NCBI GenBank assembly: GCA_963674705.1
Contig: OY771506.1
Span: 3,456,001 to 3,520,000 of the forward strand
DNA length: 64,000 nt
From: Phycisphaeraceae bacterium
Lineage (GTDB): Bacteria > Planctomycetota > Phycisphaerae > Phycisphaerales > Phycisphaeraceae
Reading direction: 5' to 3'
The notes beneath the pieces were generated by a model, which was given only the letters and a program-made list of their open reading frames with translations, had not been told where the DNA came from and searched no databases. The translations under genes were made by a program, and so were the position numbers. Each line of letters opens with the position of its first letter. The first letter of the stretch is position 1. This document shows positions 28,469 through 36,079 of the stretch, piece after piece.

Positions 28469-29893
28469 ATGGCTAAGACGCATGTGAGTTTTATTTGCAA
28501 TAGTTGTGGGGCGGTGCAGGCGCGATGGATGGGCAAGTGCCCGGACTGTGGATCGTGGGATACGCTTGAAGAACACCGCGAGTCGGCGGGGGCGAAGTCG
28601 GCCAGTGAGTTACCTGAGTCGGGGGCGACGGCGGCGGTGCCGATCGGGCAGGTGGATACGCAAGGCTCAGGCGTGAGGCGGATGGGGACAGGGATCGGCG
28701 AACTGGATCGCGTGCTTGGGGGAACCAGTAACGGCCAAGTTACACAGGGGCAAACTTCCGGGGGGACAACCTCCGGGGGTGGGGGTGGGGGATTGGTGCC
28801 GGGGAGTGTGGTGTTGATCGGGGGGGACCCGGGGATTGGTAAGTCGACGTTGATGTTGCAGGCGGCGGATGCGCTAGCGCTAAACCGCAAGCGGGTGTTG
28901 TATGTGAGTAGTGAAGAATCGGCGCAGCAGCTTAGATTGCGGGCGCGGCGGTTGGGTGCGGATGGGGCGGATGACTTGTTTGTGCTGGCGGATACGAACC
29001 TGGCTCGGATCATGGAGCAGGTGCGTAAGGTTCAGCCAAACGTGGTGGTGATCGACTCGGTGCAGATGATTTATAAGGGCGATCTCGCGGCGGCCCCCGG
29101 CAGTGTGACGCAGTTACGCGCCTGTTGCCAGGAGCTTGTTTACTTGGCCAAGGCGACAGGCGTGGCGATGGTGCTGGTCGGGCATGTGACGAAGCAGGGG
29201 CAGCTTGCCGGACCGAGGCTGCTTGAGCACATGGTTGATGCGGTGCTGTATTTTGAGGGCGATCGGTATCACAGCCATCGCGTGATCCGTGCGATCAAGA
29301 ACCGTTTCGGGACGACGCTTGAGGTCGGCTTGTTTGAAATGACGGACAAGGGATTGAACCCGGTTCTGGACGGCTCGGGGTTGCTGGCGGCGGAGTATCA
29401 GAATCGGCCGGGCAGTGTGGTATGTCCGGTATTGCAGGGGTCGCGATGTCTGCTGGTCGAGTTGCAGGCGTTGACGGCGACGGGTTTCCTCGGCGCAGCG
29501 AAACGCAAGGTCAGCGGGGTGGATTCAAATCGACTCGCGATGTTGATCGCGGTTTTGGAAAAGCGTGGCGGGTTACGGCTTGCGGATCAGGATGTATTCG
29601 TCAGCGGTGTGGGCGGCGTGAAGGTCGCGGAGCCCGCGGCCGACCTTGCCTTGGCGATCGCGATTGCCGGGGCGCACTACGATAAACAGACTGAAACCGG
29701 CACGTGTGCGGTCGGCGAGATCGGGCTGGGCGGGGAGGTGCGGCACGTGCAGCAGCTAGGCCAGCGCATCATCGAAGCGTCACGGCTGGGGTTTAACAAG
29801 ATCATCTGTCCGAAGACGGATACGAAAGCGCCGAACGGGGCGCAGTTACTGCCGGTGAAGACGTTGGATGAGGCGATGGGGTTGTTGGATTAG
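28469..29893 (+). CDS. radA: DNA repair protein RadA/Sms
   Basis: CNSCG..WMGKCPDC zinc finger, GDPGIGKST, KNRFG, Lon-like C-terminus. Confidence 0.97.
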   Translation: MAKTHVSFICNSCGAVQARWMGKCPDCGSWDTLEEHRESAGAKSASELPESGATAAVPIGQVDTQGSGVRRMGTGIGELDRVLGGTSNGQVTQGQTSGGTTSGGGGGGLVPGSVVLIGGDPGIGKSTLMLQAADALALNRKRVLYVSSEESAQQLRLRARRLGADGADDLFVLADTNLARIMEQVRKVQPNVVVIDSVQMIYKGDLAAAPGSVTQLRACCQELVYLAKATGVAMVLVGHVTKQGQLAGPRLLEHMVDAVLYFEGDRYHSHRVIRAIKNRFGTTLEVGLFEMTDKGLNPVLDGSGLLAAEYQNRPGSVVCPVLQGSRCLLVELQALTATGFLGAAKRKVSGVDSNRLAMLIAVLEKRGGLRLADQDVFVSGVGGVKVAEPAADLALAIAIAGAHYDKQTETGTCAVGEIGLGGEVRHVQQLGQRIIEASRLGFNKIICPKTDTKAPNGAQLLPVKTLDEAMGLLD

Positions 29894-29928
29894 TAGCGTG
29901 ATTGGCTCGATTGGATGGATTAGGTGTA

Positions 29929-30064
29929 AATGTCGAATGCACGAAGTTCGAATGACGAAAGAATGTATAAATGACGAATGACGAATGACGAATGATGGTT
30001 TACTGTATTTGTCATTGGGGATTGGTCATTGATTCGTCATTCGTGGATTCGACATTCGTGCATT
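29929..30064. repeat. Inverted pair of degenerate heptamer arrays (AATGACG)n / (CGTCATT)n
   Basis: Left arm 29929-29995, right arm 30009-30064. Confidence 0.85.
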
Positions 30065-30078
30065 AATATGGCATACGG

Positions 30079-30111
30079 CCCTCACCCCGGCCCTCTCCCG
30101 AGGGGAGAGGG
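30079..30111 (+). repeat. CCCTCACCCCGGCCCTCTCCC-type REP-like hairpin element
   Basis: CCCTCACCCCGG then CCCTCTCCC-GAG-GGGAGAGGG hairpin; widespread small palindromic repeat type. Confidence 0.7.
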
Positions 30112-30137
30112 AGATAGGCGAAAGGTTCAGGTTGCGG

Positions 30138-31409
30138 ATGGTCCAGGGATGGATGAGGCAGGTTGTGGTTGGGGTGGTGATGTTTGCGTGTTGCGCGAGT
30201 TTGAATGCGCAGATGTTGGCTGGGCCTTGGGTGGTGGAGTCGGAGAAGCGGATTGATGAGGCGCGCAAGACGGATCTGCGTGTGATTGTGTTCGGGGCGA
30301 ACGGCAAACCTGCGGCGGGGGTTGAAGTCAAGATCGAGCAGACGCGGTCGTTTTTCCCGGTGGGGGTGGTTTTGCCCGGCGCGGATTCGCAGGCGGATTG
30401 GCCTGAGAAGATCGGGACGGATGGGGAGCTGTGGCGATGTATTAATGCGATTTCGCTGGAGCGGATTTCAGATTGGCCCGATCTTCAGCCGGCGATGGGT
30501 GAATCGTTGAATTACGACTTTGCCACGCGGATCGACAAGGTACTGGATAAAGCCGATGCGGATCGGTTGTTCGTGCGTTGGGGTTCGCTGGTGTCGGCCG
30601 ATGCGGGGCGGGTTCCGCCTTGGGTTGCGCCGCTTGAGGGTAAGGCGCTGGCGGATAGCGTTGAGAACTATGTTGAGCAGGTGTGGGATCGCTACGGCGG
30701 GCGCGTGGATCAGTACGATGCTTATACGGAAACGCTCGGACACAACATGCTGGACAGCCGAACAGGGATGACGGCGGTGCGGCGTTTGTATGAGGCGCTG
30801 CCGGCCAAGTGCGACGGGGCGGTGGCGGTGGCGGCGTTTGATGATGGATTGTCATTCGAGCGTGTGCAGTTGATGCAGAAGCAATTGACGAAACTGCAGC
30901 AGGCGTTCGTGCCTGTGGGTGCGGTGGCGGTGTCGCAGCGATTCAGCGGGACCATCGAACGGGGGGCGCTTGAACGGATGTTGTCCCGGCTGGACCCGAT
31001 CAAGCATCCCATCGTCATCAGTTCGCTTACAGTTGGAGGCGACAACGACCTGGACGCGGCGATCAACCTGGAAACCGTGCTGCGGACGCTGATGGAGCGG
31101 CCGAACATCTCGGGCATCTGGTTCAGCGAAGTGTCGCCTAACGAGGCGATCGACCGGACAACGGTGCTCTTGGATGAAGAAGGCCAACTCACGCCGGCGG
31201 GGCGCGTGGTGGATAGTTTGTTTTACGAGCTTTGGCAGACGCATGTACAGGCGAAGACGGATGAATTGGGTAACGTCAGGCTGCGGGCATTTGCGGGTGA
31301 TTATGTGATTACCGCGACGCTCCGGGATGGGACGGTGTTGCAGAGCGTGTTAAGGTTGGAGAAGTCAGTTGATCCGCGGGTGGTGTTGGTGGAGCCTATG
31401 AAAAACTAG
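30138..31409 (+). CDS. Secreted GH10 (endo-xylanase)-like protein, catalytic motifs degenerate
   Basis: RIDEARKTDLRV..VEVKIEQTR..FPVG N-terminus, RYGGRVDQYD, TDELG..RAFAGDY C-terminus typical of long GH10 proteins. Confidence 0.7.
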   Translation: MVQGWMRQVVVGVVMFACCASLNAQMLAGPWVVESEKRIDEARKTDLRVIVFGANGKPAAGVEVKIEQTRSFFPVGVVLPGADSQADWPEKIGTDGELWRCINAISLERISDWPDLQPAMGESLNYDFATRIDKVLDKADADRLFVRWGSLVSADAGRVPPWVAPLEGKALADSVENYVEQVWDRYGGRVDQYDAYTETLGHNMLDSRTGMTAVRRLYEALPAKCDGAVAVAAFDDGLSFERVQLMQKQLTKLQQAFVPVGAVAVSQRFSGTIERGALERMLSRLDPIKHPIVISSLTVGGDNDLDAAINLETVLRTLMERPNISGIWFSEVSPNEAIDRTTVLLDEEGQLTPAGRVVDSLFYELWQTHVQAKTDELGNVRLRAFAGDYVITATLRDGTVLQSVLRLEKSVDPRVVLVEPMKN

Positions 31410-31490
31410 AAAGCTGAAAAACTAGAAAACTGGAAATAAGAACAGATAAATGCGGGAATACAATTTGATTCGGCTTTCACGCTATATGAT

Positions 31491-31592
31491 TTTCCAGCTT
31501 TCCAGCTTTCCAGCTTTCCAGCTTTCCAGCTTTCCAGCTTTCCAGCTTTCCAGCTTTCCAGCTTTCCAGCTTTCCAGCTTTCCAGCTTTCCA
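31491..31592. repeat. Perfect octamer tandem repeat (TTTCCAGC)x12.75
   Basis: 12 perfect units plus TTTCCA; four degenerate inverted units at 31405-31436. Confidence 0.97.
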
Positions 31593-31600
31593 ATCCGAAT

Positions 31601-34552
31601 TCACTTCCCATTCTTGGTTTTCAATAACTCAACAATATGTCTGGACTGTTCGTTGACGCCGTCTTTGATCTGGTGGCGGCAACTGAAGCCGCAGGCGACG
31701 ACGGTGGTGTCGTTTGATTTTTCGCGGATAGCGGGGAAGAGGCGTTGTTCGCCGATCTTCATGGACAGGTCGTGGTGTTCGTAGCCGAAGGAGCCGGCCA
31801 TGCCGCAGCAGCCGGAGTCGACTTCGTTGACGTTGACGTTGAGCTGTTTGAGCAGTTGCTTGATGCCGTCGGTGCCGAAGAGTGATTTTTGATGGCAGTG
31901 GCCGTGCAGCAGGACGTCCTTGGCGTCGCAGGCGAGTTTGCTTGCATCGAGGTTGCCTGCGGTGATTTCTTCGGCGAGGAACGTGTCGATCATCTTGATC
32001 TGTTTGGCGACGCGCTTACCCATCTCGGTATCGTCTACAAGATCGGGCAGGTCGTCGGCCAGCGATGAAGCGCAACTTGGTTCGAGCGCGATGATGGGCA
32101 GGCCTTGCTTGGCGAAGACGTCGAGGTTCTGCATCGTTTGCGTGCCGAGGCGCTTGGCTTCCTTGACCAGTCCCTTGGAGATGCGAGGTCGTTGGCAACA
32201 GCCTGCCTTGGCGATAGTGACCTTATAACCGAGGCCTTCGAGCAGTTCGACGGCGGACAGGCCGACGTTGGGTTCGTAGTAGTTGGCGTACGTATCGTCG
32301 AAGAGGACGACGTGCTTGTTCGGTTCGGGCTCGTACTTCTTACGGCTTTTCAGTAGCGTCGCGAGCTTCTTGCTGGCGAGTTTGGGATAAGGCCGACGTC
32401 GGTCGATGCCGGTGAGTTTTTCAAAGAGGACTTTGAAAGGCGGTAAGGACTGGACGAAGTTGGCGATCGGTGCGAGCGGGCCCGATGCGAGTTTGGCGGA
32501 GTCGGGCGAACCGCCGATGAGTTTTGCGCCAAGCGGTGTGCCGTGCTTGTCGTAATGCATCTGCATGACATCGCTTTTGAGCTTGGCCATGTCGACGGCG
32601 TTGGGGCATTCGCTTTTGCAGGCTTTACAGGAAAGGCAGAGCGAGAGGACATCCTTGACACGGTCGCTGGTCAGCGCGTCTTCGCCGAATTGTCCGCTCA
32701 TGGCGAGGCGCAGCGCGTTGGCTCGACCGCGCGTGACGGCTTCTTCATCGCGGGTCGCCATGTAGCTTGGGCACATCGTGCCGGCGCCGTTCTTTCGACA
32801 TGCGCCGATGCCGTTGCATTGTTCGACCGCGAGCGGGAAGCTGCCGTGTTCGTGGTAGTGGAAGTTGGACTTGACTTCGTGAACGTGCTGCTCGTAGCCG
32901 GGCACGCCGTGACGCAGGTATTCGTGCATCTTTGGCGTGTCGATGATCTTGCCGGGGTTGAGCAGGTTTTCAGGATCGAACAGGTGTTTGACCTGTTTAA
33001 ATGCGTTGTAAAGTTGTGTGCCGAAGAAGCGTTCGAGGAATTCGCCGCGGACCAGGCCGTCGCCGTGCTCGCCGCACCATGAGCCTTTGTATTCGATGGT
33101 CATGGCGAAGGAAGCTTCGGCGATCTTGCGCATTTTTTCGACGTGGTCTGGCTTGTGCAGGTCAAGTAATGGTTTGGGATGCAGCACGCCGACGGAAGCG
33201 TGGGCGCAGAGCGAGACGGGGACTTCAAGTTCGTTGCAGACTTTCAGCAGCCGGTCGATGTATTCGGCGAGATGCTCGACGGGAATGGCTGCATCGTCGA
33301 TGAAGTCCAGCGGTTTGGCGGAGCCTTTGACGTTGGAGGCGAGTCCCACGCCGAGGCGGCGCAGCTCCCAGATGTTGGCTTTGCCTTGCGGCTCGGTGCG
33401 AAGCACGTGGGCGTAGCCGACGTTGCGCTCACGCATGGCGGTGATGAATGCGTCGGCGCGCTGGTTGGCCTGCTCCTGCGTATCGCCCATGAATTCGACG
33501 ATCTGCACGGCTTCGGGATTGCCCTCGAAGAAGTCGGCCATATGCGCGGTCGATGAGTTATGCCGACCTTCATCGATGATCTGTTTATCCAATAGTTCAA
33601 CGGTGGACGGGCTGTGCTCGAGCATCAGCGGGACGTGGCGCAATGATTCGATGATGTCATCGAAGTGGACGACGCAGACAGCGGTTGCCTTGGGATTGTC
33701 GACGAGTTTGACGGTGGCTTCGAGCAGGATACCGAGCGTGCCTTCACTGCCGACGATGAGGTTGCTGAGGTTCCATCGATTACCGTCGTGGTCCGGTCCA
33801 CTGTGTGAATTCGATTTGAACTCATCGAGGTTGTACCCGCTGACGCGGCGCATCATCTTGGGGAAGCGTGCTTCGATCTCATCGTAGTTGGCGCGGACGA
33901 CTTCGCCGACGGTGCGGTAGAGTTCGGCCTCACGTGATGAGCCGGCACTGCGGTCGGACCATGTGTCGGCATCGCAATCATCGAAGGTGAGGATTGTGCC
34001 GTCGATTAGCATGACCTTGGTGGCGATGACGTTTTCGATGGTTTTCCCGTAGATCAGAGAGCGTGTGCCGGAGGAGTTGTTGCCGATCATCCCGCCGATG
34101 GTGGCGCGGCTGCTGGTGGCTGGGTCCGGCGCGAAGTGCAGGCCGAGCGGGGCGAGCTGTTTGTTGAGCTGGTCGCGAACGACGCCTGGCTGGACGCGTG
34201 CCCATTTTTGTTCGGCGTTGACTTCCAGGACATTGTTCATGTACTTGGAGCAGTCGAGGATCATGCCGTGGCCGAACGTCTGGCCTGCAAGGCTGGTGCC
34301 GCCGCCGCGCATGGTGATGGGCATCTTGTATTGCGAGGCGATGCGTACGGCTGTGGCGACGTCGGCTTCGTCTTTAGGCACGACGACGCAGGCGGGCATC
34401 ATCTGGTAATGGCTGCCGTCGGTGGCGTGGATGCCGCGACTGACGATGTCGGTGTAGACCTCGCCTTGGACCCCGGCGTTGAGGGCGTCAGCCAGTGCGT
34501 CCATGTCTATTTTCGTTTGCGTTTCCGGGCTCGACATACCAGGTGTTTCCAT
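31601..34552 (-). CDS. FAD-linked oxidase / 4Fe-4S / CCG fusion (GlcD-GlcF, YdiJ-like hydroxyacid dehydrogenase); start may be 34537
   Basis: RGGGTSLAGQ, GSEGTLG, GEHGDG, CNGIGAC, CLSCKACKSECP, HGHCHQ, CCGMAGSFG. Confidence 0.92.
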   Translation of the reverse strand: METPGMSSPETQTKIDMDALADALNAGVQGEVYTDIVSRGIHATDGSHYQMMPACVVVPKDEADVATAVRIASQYKMPITMRGGGTSLAGQTFGHGMILDCSKYMNNVLEVNAEQKWARVQPGVVRDQLNKQLAPLGLHFAPDPATSSRATIGGMIGNNSSGTRSLIYGKTIENVIATKVMLIDGTILTFDDCDADTWSDRSAGSSREAELYRTVGEVVRANYDEIEARFPKMMRRVSGYNLDEFKSNSHSGPDHDGNRWNLSNLIVGSEGTLGILLEATVKLVDNPKATAVCVVHFDDIIESLRHVPLMLEHSPSTVELLDKQIIDEGRHNSSTAHMADFFEGNPEAVQIVEFMGDTQEQANQRADAFITAMRERNVGYAHVLRTEPQGKANIWELRRLGVGLASNVKGSAKPLDFIDDAAIPVEHLAEYIDRLLKVCNELEVPVSLCAHASVGVLHPKPLLDLHKPDHVEKMRKIAEASFAMTIEYKGSWCGEHGDGLVRGEFLERFFGTQLYNAFKQVKHLFDPENLLNPGKIIDTPKMHEYLRHGVPGYEQHVHEVKSNFHYHEHGSFPLAVEQCNGIGACRKNGAGTMCPSYMATRDEEAVTRGRANALRLAMSGQFGEDALTSDRVKDVLSLCLSCKACKSECPNAVDMAKLKSDVMQMHYDKHGTPLGAKLIGGSPDSAKLASGPLAPIANFVQSLPPFKVLFEKLTGIDRRRPYPKLASKKLATLLKSRKKYEPEPNKHVVLFDDTYANYYEPNVGLSAVELLEGLGYKVTIAKAGCCQRPRISKGLVKEAKRLGTQTMQNLDVFAKQGLPIIALEPSCASSLADDLPDLVDDTEMGKRVAKQIKMIDTFLAEEITAGNLDASKLACDAKDVLLHGHCHQKSLFGTDGIKQLLKQLNVNVNEVDSGCCGMAGSFGYEHHDLSMKIGEQRLFPAIREKSNDTTVVACGFSCRHQIKDGVNEQSRHIVELLKTKNGK

Positions 34553-34685
34553 CGACAGTGCGGCCCAAACACTGACTGCACTGACAGCGTCGGGTCGCCA
34601 TTTTTGAGTCGCGCATTTTAACGGCTATGCCCGAGACCTGCCGGAGGGGCATTTGCTTATATGAGACGCGGAGTCAGCAAGGGAT

Positions 34686-35054
34686 TCAGCGGACGATCTG
34701 GCGGTACTCGGCCCGATACGTCGTCGAGGAGACGTTGTCGTACACCCGGCCGTTGGAGAAGTACTGGTGATCGCGGGTGTAGGTGACGCTGGACTGCACG
34801 GTGGGCAGTTCGTAGCCACTGGTGGCGGCGAGCGTCTGGTCGTTGCGGGAGTCGTACCAGGCCAAGCCACGATCGATGCCGCGGGTTTCACGCAGATACT
34901 GAAGCAAGGGGGTATCCAGTACGAGGGATCGCGGCACGCCGTCGGTATCCAGTTGCGGGCCGAGGTCGGTCATGGGCTGAGGCTGCTCACAGCCAACCAG
35001 CGCCAGACAGCCGCCGAGGCCAAGTACCAGGACAAGAGGGCGTATAGCACGCAT
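34686..35054 (-). CDS. Hypothetical lipoprotein
   Basis: MRAIRP + hydrophobic stretch + LVGC lipobox; TACAGT 6 nt before ATG. Confidence 0.7.
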   Translation of the reverse strand: MRAIRPLVLVLGLGGCLALVGCEQPQPMTDLGPQLDTDGVPRSLVLDTPLLQYLRETRGIDRGLAWYDSRNDQTLAATSGYELPTVQSSVTYTRDHQYFSNGRVYDNVSSTTYRAEYRQIVR

Positions 35055-35279
35055 CGCTAAACTGTAGTGCGAAGTGCGTGCCGGGGTGGACATATGTATC
35101 AGTTATGGGACGTTGATTTGTAATTTATTCATGGACCTATATTTATGAATATGTAATTTGCGCATAAAAAGCCTCGGCAACAACCGGTTGTGTCGGCTGT
35201 AGCTTTGAGGCAACGTGTGTGTTGTATGGCGGTAACCGGGGGGGAAGACCGGGGGCAGGGTGGATCGGCAGTGACCCGC

Positions 35280-35810
35280 TTAGCCGACGGTCACGTGGTC
35301 CTCACCGGGGCTCCAGTCGCAGGCACACAACTCGCCGGACTGCACGGCATCGATGACGCGCAGGGCTTCTGGGACGCTTCGGCCGACGTTGAGGTTGTTG
35401 GCGCAGGCCCACTGGATGATGCCCTCCGGATCGACGAGGAAGGTCGCGCGCAGGCAGACATTTTCTTCCGGATCGAGGATGCCCAGGTCCTGAGCGAGCT
35501 TCTGCGCGGCGATCAGCGGATAGGGCAGGTTTTTCAGGCCGCCGTGCGCCTGGCGCCATGCGAGGTGGGAGAATTCGTTATCCGTGCTGCCGCCGATGAT
35601 GACGACGTTCTTCTCGTCGAACTGGGCCGCCGCCTTGCCGAACTCGATCAATTCGGTCGGGCAGACGAAGGTGAAGTCCTTGGGGTAGAAGATGAACAGC
35701 TTCCAGCGTCCTTCATAGTCGCCGGTCTGGATAGTGGTCAGGTCATCGATGGTGAGGCCCGAGCAGGCGTTGCATTTGAAGGCAGGAAAAGCTTGGCCGA
35801 CAGTCAGCAT
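35280..35810 (-). CDS. ahpC: 2-Cys peroxiredoxin
   Basis: FYPKDFTFVCPTE, RATFLVDPEG, VGRS, GELCACDW. Confidence 0.93.
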   Translation of the reverse strand: MLTVGQAFPAFKCNACSGLTIDDLTTIQTGDYEGRWKLFIFYPKDFTFVCPTELIEFGKAAAQFDEKNVVIIGGSTDNEFSHLAWRQAHGGLKNLPYPLIAAQKLAQDLGILDPEENVCLRATFLVDPEGIIQWACANNLNVGRSVPEALRVIDAVQSGELCACDWSPGEDHVTVG

Positions 35811-36079
35811 CGTAGGAAACTCCGTACTGGTGGTGTGGATAAGGATTTTGGTTGGTTAAGCACAAGCCAAGGGGTCAATTTGCCCCAAGTCACAGGAGCG
35901 TAGGCGGTGAAAACACGGCAGTCAAACAGGTCTGATGATCGTAACTTCTTGCTAACAGTTAATTTTCCTTGTATTCAGGGCAATTGGTCGATAGATTGAT
36001 TGATTAGGAACCCGGATCCTCGCCGGGTGATGATTACACCATAGATGCCTGTTTAGTACCCACGGCATCAAACACCACC

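Noticed and set aside
31450..31656. 68 aa ORF with FQLSSFPA repeats
   Set aside because: Simply the translation of the (TTTCCAGC)n array
35834..35842. Isolated DnaA boxes (also near 19295 and 42310)
   Set aside because: Single sites without clustering; could be chance or simple promoter elements
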